Source: an uncultured Candidatus Poseidoniales archaeon (lineage in GTDB: Archaea; Thermoplasmatota; Poseidoniia; Poseidoniales; Thalassarchaeaceae). Taken from it: 62,810 nt of DNA. The position numbers were made by a program, and so were the translations under genes. How positions within the stretch are numbered: the first letter of the stretch is position 1; every line of letters begins with the position of its first letter. The stretch lies in NCBI GenBank assembly GCA_964401115.1, contig CAYNXD010000073.1, positions 1 through 62,810 of the forward strand. Direction: 5' to 3'. Below, one piece after another: positions 29,142 through 38,692 of the stretch. A model generated the notes under the pieces. The model worked only from the letters and a program-made list of their open reading frames with translations, did not search any database and was not told the origin of the DNA.

Positions 29142-29446
29142 GCGAGGGAGTAGGAGGGCTGCTGACAGTGTTCGACACTGAGGAAAGTCCCCTCTCCACC
29201 ATGCAGGCGCCCCGATTAACTTCGGGAGCCCGGGAGGGCTGGCTCTGCTTCAGAAACGAACCAGTGAGGTCGAGAACTATGATTCCGAAGGGAGGAGATT
29301 GTCACCACTGGCTGAGACGAGTAACCGCGCCGGAGCAAGTCCAAACAGTTCCGCCGAATAGCATGGGTGAGGAACGGGTAGGATGCTAAGTTGAATGCAG
29401 CCAACCGAAAGGCCAACAGAAAGGGGCTTACTCCCTACTCCCTTGC
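29142..29446 (+). ncRNA. rnpB: RNase P RNA (archaeal type A)
   Basis: CR-I GAGGAAAGTCC at 29180-29190 and CR-V ACAGAAAGGGGCTTA at 29416-29430. P1 pairing of 29142-29156 with 29431-29446. GC-rich island in AT-rich DNA, ~305 nt. Confidence 0.85.
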
Positions 29447-29448
29447 AC

Positions 29449-32136
29449 CTAATCAAACAATTCATCTACAGATGGTATTGTGCTAGGATCAGAAAAATCA
29501 TCTTGTGGAATTTCAGAATTTTGGATTAGTTCTCTTTCAACTTCCAGAGTTGATATTGATGATGGGTTTTCATCCCAGATAAGTTTAGGATTTCTAGTTC
29601 TGTTCATTCTAATTATTGAACCAATCGTTAGTCCAATTCCAATGAAAAACAGAACCGCTAGTAGGAACTCAACGGTCGAAGATAACTGCCATTGATTTGA
29701 TTCTATAGTTTCAATATTTTGTTCGATAATTTCATCATCCTTTTCACTTGTCAAATCACTATTATTTTCTTCAATTAAAGGTGGTTCAGGCCAAAATAGA
29801 TTCACTTTCTTCTCCATCCAAGACACATCATGTTCTATTCTCAATAACAATTCTAACTCACCTATAGAAGGCAATACTTCTATTTCATATTCCCCTGAGC
29901 TTTGGTTGTAAAATGTTTGATTACCTATAATGGTTGTAAATTTACAATCATTTTCGCAACTAGAATTAATCAATAATATAGCCGTATCATTATGATTCAT
30001 AGGCCAATGTAATACATCTACTGAAAGCGACATAGTGGGACATCCACGAATAGATCCACTGGTGTAAATACATTCATCCAAGGCATCATTTCGGCCATCT
30101 CCATCACTATCTCTCTGTGTTGGTGAGCAACCCAATTCGTCGGCTATTTCATCTAAAGGTGTGAAATCGCAAATGTCAATAGCATCTGAAACGCCATCAG
30201 AATCTGAATCAATCTGAGTCAAAGCACAACCATATTTGTCAACATCTAATCCATTAGGGGTGTCTGGGCAATTATCTAAATTGTCAGTTACTCCATCTAC
30301 ATCACTATCTAGTTGGCTGAGCGAGCATCCATCATTATTTACTAACTCTCCCGGAGTTGTATTTGGACACTGATCAACATCGTTCATGACACCATCCCAG
30401 TCATCATCGATTTGGTTTTGAGCACAGCCAATAAGATTGATTTCAACCCCAATTTCTGTATCAGGGCAAATATCAATGTCATCAGTAACACCATCGCCAT
30501 CCGTATCTTTCTGATATTCTGCACACCCTAAACTATCAACTTCTATGTTTGCTAAGGTATTAGGGCAAATATCAATGTCATCTGTAACTCCATCTTCATC
30601 AGTATCTTTCTGGTAGTCAGCGCATCCCGAATCATCGACAATAGATCCAGCATTAGTTCCAGGGCATTGGTCTAGAAGGTCATTCACCCCGTCATTATCA
30701 GTGTCTAAATCTGCTAATCGGCATCCAAAATGATTAACCAAATCTCCAACGGGGGTTTTAGGACAATTGTCAGCATGATTTCCAATCCCATCGCCATCAA
30801 TATCAGATTGACCAATTTGTTCTAATACATACATTCCAAGTAACTGATGTGTTGTTCCAGTGGGGTGAATTTTGTCAAAGAAAATGAATTCATCAACTGT
30901 TGGTTCAATATAGTCGTTTGAGTCACAAGAAAAGCCATCATGGTGACATGCAGCATGTGTGACGTTAGAAATCCCATAGAAGGAACCATTCCAATATATG
31001 GTCTCAAACATTTGAAAGACATCTATTACCTGTATGCTAATATTTAGGGCACTCTCTCTTGAAATCATTGCACTTTCTAGTTTTGAGTTGTAATCTTTCA
31101 ACCTATCGTGGAAAGCTTGTTTATTATTTTGGCTTTCACCGGAATATGAGGGGGTCTTCTCAAGGGGGGGCATATTGATGACCACGATGTCTTTTGCACC
31201 ATTTGAAAATACATCATTAACATGGTTAACAACGTAATCCACTACCTTTTGTGTATCAGTTTCACCACTATTTAGGAAGTTATTACCCCCTCCCCAAATC
31301 ATGACCTTTTCGTTTGGTGAAATCCAATAATTGTTGGTATAGTCCTCTATTTGTTTGCCCAAATTTGGGATAACGAAAAAGTTCATTCCTTCGCCTGCTT
31401 CAGCACCACCAAATGCCCTATTTGATCCAGTTCCACTACCTGCTCCTGGAGATATGTTAATTCCCATGCCTGCTGCGACATGTTCGTTCCACATTGGCCC
31501 TGTTGAAAATCTACCATTGTAGTATGGTGGCGATTCTGGAGTGCCATAAGCGGACTTTGAGTTACCCATATCGCTTAAAGAATCGCCAAATATCAATAAT
31601 TTTGATATGTTTGATTGTATGGTGGATTCAAAAATTATGAATTCCTTTTCTGCGTAATCAAGCAATTGATTTCTATTTTGATCCCACAGAACAAATCTTA
31701 GTGTGTATTCATAGCTCGTATTTATCCAAAATTCATATGCAGGAAATGAGAATGAAATAGTGCCATTAGTAGAATTAAATCCTTGGCCTGAACCGTTGAA
31801 TGTCAAAGTTCCATTATTTGCATATCCTGCATGAATAGTGTAGTCAAAACTGTAAAAGTTGCTAATACTACTATCGACTCCTGACCAAGTCAAATTCCAA
31901 TTAATCATCTCGCCAGTCTGAAAAGCAAACAAATTTGGCAGTGAATTATAATTATCCATATGAATTTCAATATTTTCATTGCCAGTTACCGATTTGCTAT
32001 TTCCTGCAGATGTAGTGATTGTTGAAATAGGTAGAATTACAATCATCATAATCATAATCATGGCTGATTTGCGGCTATTTGTAGGCATAACCCCACCATT
32101 CACATTCACCGAAGGTGAGATGTTATCATTTAACAT
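29449..32136 (-). CDS. Membrane-anchored extracellular SGNH/GDSL hydrolase with eight thrombospondin type-3-like Ca-binding repeats
   Basis: Signal anchor, then GDSL block LLIFGDSLSDMGNS, GGGNNF, and FFDKIHPT (DxxH). Then 8x D.D.DG..D..D.CP repeats, a beta-rich domain and a C-terminal TM. Confidence 0.8.
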   Translation of the reverse strand: MLNDNISPSVNVNGGVMPTNSRKSAMIMIMMIVILPISTITTSAGNSKSVTGNENIEIHMDNYNSLPNLFAFQTGEMINWNLTWSGVDSSISNFYSFDYTIHAGYANNGTLTFNGSGQGFNSTNGTISFSFPAYEFWINTSYEYTLRFVLWDQNRNQLLDYAEKEFIIFESTIQSNISKLLIFGDSLSDMGNSKSAYGTPESPPYYNGRFSTGPMWNEHVAAGMGINISPGAGSGTGSNRAFGGAEAGEGMNFFVIPNLGKQIEDYTNNYWISPNEKVMIWGGGNNFLNSGETDTQKVVDYVVNHVNDVFSNGAKDIVVINMPPLEKTPSYSGESQNNKQAFHDRLKDYNSKLESAMISRESALNISIQVIDVFQMFETIYWNGSFYGISNVTHAACHHDGFSCDSNDYIEPTVDEFIFFDKIHPTGTTHQLLGMYVLEQIGQSDIDGDGIGNHADNCPKTPVGDLVNHFGCRLADLDTDNDGVNDLLDQCPGTNAGSIVDDSGCADYQKDTDEDGVTDDIDICPNTLANIEVDSLGCAEYQKDTDGDGVTDDIDICPDTEIGVEINLIGCAQNQIDDDWDGVMNDVDQCPNTTPGELVNNDGCSLSQLDSDVDGVTDNLDNCPDTPNGLDVDKYGCALTQIDSDSDGVSDAIDICDFTPLDEIADELGCSPTQRDSDGDGRNDALDECIYTSGSIRGCPTMSLSVDVLHWPMNHNDTAILLINSSCENDCKFTTIIGNQTFYNQSSGEYEIEVLPSIGELELLLRIEHDVSWMEKKVNLFWPEPPLIEENNSDLTSEKDDEIIEQNIETIESNQWQLSSTVEFLLAVLFFIGIGLTIGSIIRMNRTRNPKLIWDENPSSISTLEVERELIQNSEIPQDDFSDPSTIPSVDELFD
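30037..30807 (-). repeat. In-frame tandem coding repeats (~96-99 nt period) encoding TSP type-3-like units
   Basis: Eight DxDxDGxxDxxDxCP units. The two central units (about 30462-30530 and 30561-30628) are near-identical at the DNA level. Confidence 0.8.
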
Positions 32137-32150
32137 ATCGATACTTTGAA

Positions 32151-35100
32151 TTATGATAATTCAGCATCCATTGCTTCTGAAATAATATGGGCATTATCTT
32201 CGTAATCTTGCCAATTTCCTTCACCCTTAATCCATGACTCTATTGTTCTATACGCAACTAATAATGATGGTAAAAGTATGGCACTCGTCAATAAAGCCAA
32301 GAAAATCAATAGCATCATCAAGATGAAGAAATTTCTCAGACCAGGTATTGCCAATGTTAATCCGGCAGCCAATCCCGCGCAGGTAGTCGCAGTGGTCTCA
32401 AAAATAGTTTGGCCAGTTCTAGCTACCGCTTTTACTATACCGCCGGGGGTCTCTTTTTCTTCTCTGATTCTGTCCATTACATGAATTGAATCGTCTACTC
32501 CTATTCCAAAAACAATTGTACTAATCATGGCGGTAAAGACATTAACATTAACATCACCACTTTTCATCAATAGCGGTTGCCATAGTACAACAACAGCGAC
32601 AGAAGTCATTGTGAAGAAGGCAAGTCTCGGGCTTCTGAATAACAATGTCATAGCAAATAGGAGAACAATCATCGTTGCAATTGTTGCATCAGATTGTGCA
32701 TTGTGTATGCCTTTGTTTATATCCAATGAAACTGGAAGTCCCCCAGTCAGTAAAGAATTCTTAACGCTATCAACTCCTAAAGCATTGCAATTAAGGGCAT
32801 CATCACATCCTCCTTCTGATAGGTATGTGTCTAATTGGTTTCTTAATTCACCGGCAAGTGCTAGATTTAGGTAAGGTTGATTGACATATACAAGTGTCTT
32901 TGTTTCTCCAAGATTTGCCATTGGTTCGTTCATTAACATTGAACGAATTTCGTAAGACAACGTATCAAATGCGATATTTATCATCACTTCCCTAGTTGTA
33001 ACTGAGGTGATTACAAAATCACCTGTTATGATACACTCTGGTTGAAATTGGTCTTCCCAACAAGGTGAATGCAATATTTCCCAAAGAGATCTGTCATACA
33101 TCTCTTGACCTGAAAGGTTAACATTGATATGAATGGCTTTTAGAATAGTTACCAAACTGATAGAACTAGTATTTTCAACATTGTTAATCTTCTCTTCTGT
33201 AATATATTCTATCGAATCTAACACTTCAATATGCCTAATAGGTGCAATATCATCTCTTACACCCCTATCTTCTGCGTCAATGATGAACATATTCGTTTGA
33301 CCACCTTCAAAAACTGTAGAATATTCTGCTAGAGTCTCATAAGATTCTAAATCAGGAGGTACTTCATTAGAGCCAGCTGTGATGTCTGCCCCTAATTCTT
33401 CTTCAAGGAACACAAAACCAATTGCACTTACGACCACAGCGAAAACAATTACTATCGCAGAACCCTTTACTGGCACTTCCCCAATTATTTTCCAAGCCTT
33501 CTCAGCTTTCTTTCCGCCAGTCTTTCTATAGCGAACTAGCCACCCCAATGCGGGCACCATTATTATGCTGAAAAAGAAGGTACAACTAATTCCCAGAACT
33601 AGCGTAATACCAACGGTCCTCATTGGTTGGATTGGTACAAGCCATGCCCAAGCCAGTACACTGAATCCAACAATTGTGGTAATTGCTGAGAGCAATATTG
33701 CATGTCCAGTGGTCATAATCGAATGGACCGTTGCATCAAGATAGAGTTGTTTATCCCATGGATCTAGCTCGGGAATTGGGTCGCCGTCCCTTTTTGATTG
33801 CCAAACAAGATTTGCATTCTCTTCAAGCATATTTTCTCGAGTTTCTTCTATTCTGTTAATTAGGTGTAATGCATAGTCAACTCCAAGCCCGATTAGAATT
33901 GGTCCAGCAGCAATAATCATCGGTGTCAGCATTATATCTAGAATTACAGTTGTGCCAAAGGTGGTCGCTAAACTCAGAACAATAGGTGTGCCGCAAATTA
34001 TCAGCACTTTCGGATTTCTGTGAAGAGCAATCATAGCAATACAAACAAAAGCAAGACTAATTGGTAACATATCTTCTAGTGCTAAATAAATTGCATCTGA
34101 AACATCATGCAATACTGGAGTAAGCCCTGTGACTGTAATGGCTTGTCTTGTTGGCAATTCCTCCCAACGTTCTTCATTCATACTAGAGAGTTTAATTCCC
34201 TCATAATCTCTGCCACAAAGCGGATTATCAAATTGATTGTAAATATCTGGATTTCTAGCACAGTCATCGATTACTTCCTTAAGATGTAGGATGAATGATT
34301 TATGATCTAGAATTTCTTCCCCATTAGGATCAAATCTTGTATCAACATCGGTTCCAGTCATATCAAATCTGATACCCATTACAACAACTGAAGTATCCCA
34401 TATTCCGTCACCATTAGTGTCAATAACTAGGCTGTCCAATGAACTACCAAGATTCTCAACAGTGTTGTTAATTCTGTCTTGGTTGTCGGGAATAACATAG
34501 GTGTCTCTTGGGTCTTGATTTGCTATATTACAGTCATCTCCAGTTTGAATGGGTAGGCCATATTTTTCAACTGAACAAGCAAAACGATTTGGTGCTGAGT
34601 TTGCTTCCTTAATCATTTGAGGGGCACTTAAAATCCAAACCACACCATCTTGAGTTCCTCGGTCATCTTTATTCCAATCTATTCCCCTTGCATAACGCCC
34701 CATATCTTTGTTATCATCATCACCTTCTAGGAAACTAATCTGCCTAAGAATATCAACATCTGTAATATTTTCACTACCTCTGCGTGCAGGGTCATCGATT
34801 GAATTGTCAGTATGAATGTATAGCAATACGATGTCAGTAGACCATTGTTCTCTCACGTCCAGTAATAATTCGGTAGAATCGGCTCCATCTGGGAGATAAA
34901 TCTCCACATCTCCGTTAATTTGTTGCCCAAAAGCCATGGCGTCTTTACCAACAAGAAAAGTGAGAAGAATCATTACCAATACTATTGGCCCCGGGGAGCG
35001 AAAAATTGTACGATAGAAACGAGTAGCTTGCCCTTTTACGAAAGAATGTGACCAACTACTTATCTCAGAAAACTTACTGCTTACTGAGAATGATATATCT

Positions 35101-35222
35101 TCGTATGTAGAGTAAAGTTGATTGTTCTTTATAATTTGTAAAATGTTTAAAATTGATTTACGAAAATCTGTACTTTCCGAATCCCGGACTTCATCGTTCG
35201 ACAACCCCGACTCATCCGCCAT
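32151..35222 (-). CDS. RND-superfamily exporter, COG1033/MMPL type (two 6-TM bundles, two large external loops)
   Basis: Duplicated GLGVDYALH / GIGVDDSIH motifs at the start of TM bundles, and 12 predicted TMs; 1023 aa. Confidence 0.8.
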   Translation of the reverse strand: MADESGLSNDEVRDSESTDFRKSILNILQIIKNNQLYSTYEDISFSVSSKFSEISSWSHSFVKGQATRFYRTIFRSPGPIVLVMILLTFLVGKDAMAFGQQINGDVEIYLPDGADSTELLLDVREQWSTDIVLLYIHTDNSIDDPARRGSENITDVDILRQISFLEGDDDNKDMGRYARGIDWNKDDRGTQDGVVWILSAPQMIKEANSAPNRFACSVEKYGLPIQTGDDCNIANQDPRDTYVIPDNQDRINNTVENLGSSLDSLVIDTNGDGIWDTSVVVMGIRFDMTGTDVDTRFDPNGEEILDHKSFILHLKEVIDDCARNPDIYNQFDNPLCGRDYEGIKLSSMNEERWEELPTRQAITVTGLTPVLHDVSDAIYLALEDMLPISLAFVCIAMIALHRNPKVLIICGTPIVLSLATTFGTTVILDIMLTPMIIAAGPILIGLGVDYALHLINRIEETRENMLEENANLVWQSKRDGDPIPELDPWDKQLYLDATVHSIMTTGHAILLSAITTIVGFSVLAWAWLVPIQPMRTVGITLVLGISCTFFFSIIMVPALGWLVRYRKTGGKKAEKAWKIIGEVPVKGSAIVIVFAVVVSAIGFVFLEEELGADITAGSNEVPPDLESYETLAEYSTVFEGGQTNMFIIDAEDRGVRDDIAPIRHIEVLDSIEYITEEKINNVENTSSISLVTILKAIHINVNLSGQEMYDRSLWEILHSPCWEDQFQPECIITGDFVITSVTTREVMINIAFDTLSYEIRSMLMNEPMANLGETKTLVYVNQPYLNLALAGELRNQLDTYLSEGGCDDALNCNALGVDSVKNSLLTGGLPVSLDINKGIHNAQSDATIATMIVLLFAMTLLFRSPRLAFFTMTSVAVVVLWQPLLMKSGDVNVNVFTAMISTIVFGIGVDDSIHVMDRIREEKETPGGIVKAVARTGQTIFETTATTCAGLAAGLTLAIPGLRNFFILMMLLIFLALLTSAILLPSLLVAYRTIESWIKGEGNWQDYEDNAHIISEAMDAELS

Positions 35223-35295
35223 ATTGTTGCCTGATGGCTTGACTATGATGAATAGTTCGCCCTAAATGGGTGTGAGAATGGCGAAGAAGAGAATC

Positions 35296-36246
35296 TCACT
35301 CAATTCCAAAATTTCTAACTATGAGCCTTTTCATGATTGTTCTAGTACCCTGTAAAACAAACCCTGTAAAAATTAGGCTAATGCCAAGCATAGATAACCA
35401 AGCAGCAGTTAATCCCGGGCCCACTGTTAAGTCGAGATTAAGTGATGTCCCTGTAAAATCATTGAATCTGTTCAAAGCCCTCATTCCAATAGCCGAGCCT
35501 ATGGTCAAAAGTCCAGCCCCTGGTAATCCAAAAGCCAAGATAGGTTTCTTCTGAGAAAGAGAAATCAAAGCATAAGAAAGTACAGTAAATCCGTGACTCA
35601 TTGCAGTAAATCTAGATCCTTTGGGTACATCATAACGAATGACTGTTGGCACTTCTTTAACAGATAATTCCATTTCTTTACATTGCTCTAACATCTCAAG
35701 TGTGGATTCCATGCCATCCTGATCAAATCTTATTTTCTTTAATGCTCTATTAGAAAATGCCCTAAATCCACTTTGAGTATCTCTGACGGAAAGATCAGTA
35801 GTAAGATTTGATGTTGCAGTGATTAACTTAACTCCAAGTTTTCTGTATGCTGGCATTTCTTCACCTGAACCGCCTTCAACAAATCTGGATCCTATTACGA
35901 AGTCAGCCTGTTCTGAAAAAATTGGTTCTAGAAGGGATGGTATGTCATCTGGTTCATGTTGCCCATCACTGTCGAGAATTACGAGTGCCTCTGCATTGGA
36001 TTCTAATGCGTATTTGAAAATAGATTTTAGTGCCGCACCGTACCCTCTATTTGATCTGTGATAATGTACTTTAGCACCCAATTTAGCAGCAATTCTGGCC
36101 GAAGAATCATACGATCCATCATCAACACAAAACACTTGATCAACATGATTTAGGGACTTCAGCACAACGGTTCCGATAGTCTCCTCTTCGTTGTATAGGG
36201 GCATCGCCGCAATAATTGGGCCAGAGGAGGTATCCCCTTCCATCAT
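35296..36246 (-). CDS. Family 2 glycosyltransferase (dolichyl-phosphate sugar synthase-like) with C-terminal TMs
   Basis: IAAMPLYNEEETI ... VFCVDDGSYDSS ... ILDSDGQH (GT2/DPM1-like). Confidence 0.85.
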   Translation of the reverse strand: MMEGDTSSGPIIAAMPLYNEEETIGTVVLKSLNHVDQVFCVDDGSYDSSARIAAKLGAKVHYHRSNRGYGAALKSIFKYALESNAEALVILDSDGQHEPDDIPSLLEPIFSEQADFVIGSRFVEGGSGEEMPAYRKLGVKLITATSNLTTDLSVRDTQSGFRAFSNRALKKIRFDQDGMESTLEMLEQCKEMELSVKEVPTVIRYDVPKGSRFTAMSHGFTVLSYALISLSQKKPILAFGLPGAGLLTIGSAIGMRALNRFNDFTGTSLNLDLTVGPGLTAAWLSMLGISLIFTGFVLQGTRTIMKRLIVRNFGIE

Positions 36247-36359
36247 TATATTCTGCCCACCGCGCCGTATTTAGCCGTTTACCGTATTTCATTCATCATT
36301 TAATGAATTATAAATCACTAATTGAATTCTAATTGCAATTTTTTGAATTTTAATGCCAT

Positions 36360-36830
36360 TCAAAATGCGGAAATTGAGTTATCTGAGGCCATCCTGCGTC
36401 GCTGAAATTCCTCTACAAGCTCTTTCCTTAAGTCAGCCTCTCTTTCGCTCAATCTTCTATTTACGATTTGGGAGATATATGGGTCTAACTTCTCAAGCAT
36501 TTTTGCGACATCTAGTGCGTCATCACAATGAGGACAACATAAATCTTGATTGGTGTGAATTTCATTACTTTTTGATGATTCATATGTGTATAGTGATTGC
36601 ATATTTGAGTGATCTTTCTTATTCTTACGAACCTTTCTTTTGACACTCTTTTTTACTATGGTTTTTGAATCGGCTCTAGCCCTTAAACTTCCCAATCCTA
36701 ATCTTGGTTCGACACCTTCGCTCTTCATTCTTCTCTTTTTCTGAACTGGCTTTTCCTCAATGTCAAAATTTACACCTGAACACACGAATTGACGCATATC
36801 ATCTCCATCTGGTTTTGCATCAAATGCCAT
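36360..36830 (-). CDS. Hypothetical basic protein with CCPHC motif
   Basis: ATG ORF of 156 aa with a Lys/Arg-rich centre. No family recognised. Confidence 0.4.
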   Translation of the reverse strand: MAFDAKPDGDDMRQFVCSGVNFDIEEKPVQKKRRMKSEGVEPRLGLGSLRARADSKTIVKKSVKRKVRKNKKDHSNMQSLYTYESSKSNEIHTNQDLCCPHCDDALDVAKMLEKLDPYISQIVNRRLSEREADLRKELVEEFQRRRMASDNSISAF

Positions 36831-36909
36831 ACGAAACTGAGCAGCAGGCCCGCTGGCGGTGTTATAAGTATATCCGAGTTTGTTACTATAGCGAGAGTGA
36901 TTGTTTAAT

Positions 36910-36942
36910 CAAATAGAAATAGCGGCTATTAAAATCTATTTG
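36910..36942. promoter_or_regulatory. Nested palindrome in divergent intergenic region (candidate operator)
   Basis: CAAATAGA-AATAGC-G-GCTATT-AAAA-TCTATTTG. Outer 8-bp and inner 6-bp arms are perfectly complementary. Confidence 0.25.
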
Positions 36943-37060
36943 AATTTAAAAACTGAATTTATTGTGAATTAATTGGCATTTATATCAGAATAAGTTATCA
37001 TTCAGGTTTTTACTTGTGCGCGCAATTGTCAAAGAGGGTTGCTTAGTCGGGCCCTTCAAC

Positions 37061-38008
37061 ATGCAATGCTTAGTGACTGGTGGTGCAGGCTTTGTTGGCT
37101 CCCATTTAGTAGATTTGTTACTCGATGCAGGTCATAGAGTCAGTATATATGATAATTTTTCATCTGGTAGGAGAGAATTTCTAAATCATCATGGTGATGA
37201 AGTATCTATTATTGAAGGCGATTTACTTGATTTAAATTCAGTTATCAAAGCTATGGAGGGGGTTGATATTGTCTATCACCTAGCAGCAAATCCTGACATT
37301 AGATTGGGTACTACTGTAACCGATACCGACCTAAAACAGGGCACCGTAGCAACTTACAATGTTCTAGAGGCTATGAGAATTAATGGAGTAAAGAAAATTG
37401 CTTTTTCCTCTTCATCTGTAGTTTATGGAGAAGCAGAAGTTATGCCAACACCTGAAGATTATGGTCCGCTATTCCCCATCTCATTGTATGGTGCTAGTAA
37501 GTTAGGATCAGAGGCACTCATAACTTCATGGGTTGGTACATTTGATTTACAGGCTTGGATTTTTAGATTTGCAAATATTGTAGGTGCTCGTGGAACTCAT
37601 GGTGTAATTTTTGATTTCATTCACAAACTTAGGGCCAATCCTAATCGATTAGAGGTTCTAGGAAATGGTCTTCAGGAGAAATCTTACATGGAAGTCAGGG
37701 ATTGTGCGGCTGCAATTATTCATCTAGTATCTAGTGCAGATGAGGCAATTAATTGCTATAATCTTGGTAGCGATGACACATGTAGTGTAAGGAGAATAGC
37801 AGAAATTGTTGTAGAAGAATCAGGATTGACGAATGTATCTATTGAGTATACTGGCGGTGATCGTGGTTGGGCGGGGGATGTCCCAAAGGCTATGCTAGAC
37901 CCAACAAGGATGAATGATGCTGGTTTTTCCACAAGATACAATTCTGAGGGTGCGGTCAGACACACTGCTCAGACTCTGATGGAGGAGATTGGAATTGATG
38001 ATGAATGA
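37061..38008 (+). CDS. NAD-dependent nucleotide-sugar epimerase/dehydratase (GalE-like SDR)
   Basis: VTGGAGFVGSHL, YGASK and extended SDR length. ATG 37061 lies inside the track ORF. Confidence 0.88.
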   Translation: MQCLVTGGAGFVGSHLVDLLLDAGHRVSIYDNFSSGRREFLNHHGDEVSIIEGDLLDLNSVIKAMEGVDIVYHLAANPDIRLGTTVTDTDLKQGTVATYNVLEAMRINGVKKIAFSSSSVVYGEAEVMPTPEDYGPLFPISLYGASKLGSEALITSWVGTFDLQAWIFRFANIVGARGTHGVIFDFIHKLRANPNRLEVLGNGLQEKSYMEVRDCAAAIIHLVSSADEAINCYNLGSDDTCSVRRIAEIVVEESGLTNVSIEYTGGDRGWAGDVPKAMLDPTRMNDAGFSTRYNSEGAVRHTAQTLMEEIGIDDE

Positions 38009-38690
38009 TGGAATTAGAAGGCGTAGTTTAGTAAATAATGAAGATGGCGATGCTAGGATAACTGCCGGTTTTGTTACTTCGGGATTGATTACTTTCATAA
38101 TCCTATCAGTTGTGCTTTTCACTGATGTGCCTCCGATAGGTCCTAATGAGGGGGAATTAGCACCTAATTTGGTAGGTGAGATACACATGTCAGGTTCTTC
38201 AACTTGGGATGATTTTGAATTATATGATGAAATTGACCATAGTTGGACGGTAGAATCTGATCCAGAGGCGAAGTGGTTTCTGATTCAGTTCATGGATACT
38301 GATTGTGGCCATTGTTGGGAATATTCCGATAAAATGTCCTTAATAGATGAAACATTTAGTTCCCAACTAACCATTATTAGTGTTGCAATAAGTTTAGATA
38401 TGCAAAATCATGATGCTGATAAGGATGAGATTGTTGCATTCCAAGACAAAATTTCCCTAGATGTCTGCAATGCGAAAAACACCGATTGTTCAACTAGGCC
38501 AGGAGAAATTCATAATTGGGGTTATTTGGATGACCTCAGTGGAAGTTATATGGATTCCTGGGGGGTTCAGGGGACTCCATTTTTCATTATCATTCAGCCC
38601 GATGGGGTAGTTGCTTGGAATCAAGCCCAGCATTCAGGGGAAGAGCCGGGCTCAGCACTAATGTCATTGTTACCTAGTTTGGAGGCCTAA
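37998..38690 (+). CDS. Membrane-anchored thioredoxin-fold thiol:disulfide oxidoreductase (CGHC)
   Basis: N-terminal TM, FMDTDCGHCWEY active-site block and GTPFFIIIQPDG (TlpA/ResA-like cis-Pro region). Confidence 0.7.
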   Translation: MMNDGIRRRSLVNNEDGDARITAGFVTSGLITFIILSVVLFTDVPPIGPNEGELAPNLVGEIHMSGSSTWDDFELYDEIDHSWTVESDPEAKWFLIQFMDTDCGHCWEYSDKMSLIDETFSSQLTIISVAISLDMQNHDADKDEIVAFQDKISLDVCNAKNTDCSTRPGEIHNWGYLDDLSGSYMDSWGVQGTPFFIIIQPDGVVAWNQAQHSGEEPGSALMSLLPSLEA

Positions 38691-38692
38691 AA

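Noticed and set aside
29033-29465. Three overlapping track ORFs (118, 66 and 62 aa) in a GC-rich patch
   Set aside because: They overlap the RNase P RNA (CR-I/CR-V motifs and a closing P1 helix). GC-rich structured RNA commonly yields spurious ORFs on both strands.
30037-30807. Tandem ~96-99-nt repeats considered as a possible CRISPR-like or satellite array
   Set aside because: The repeats are in frame within a long ORF and encode DxDxDG Ca-binding units. There is no repeat/spacer alternation and there are no cas genes.
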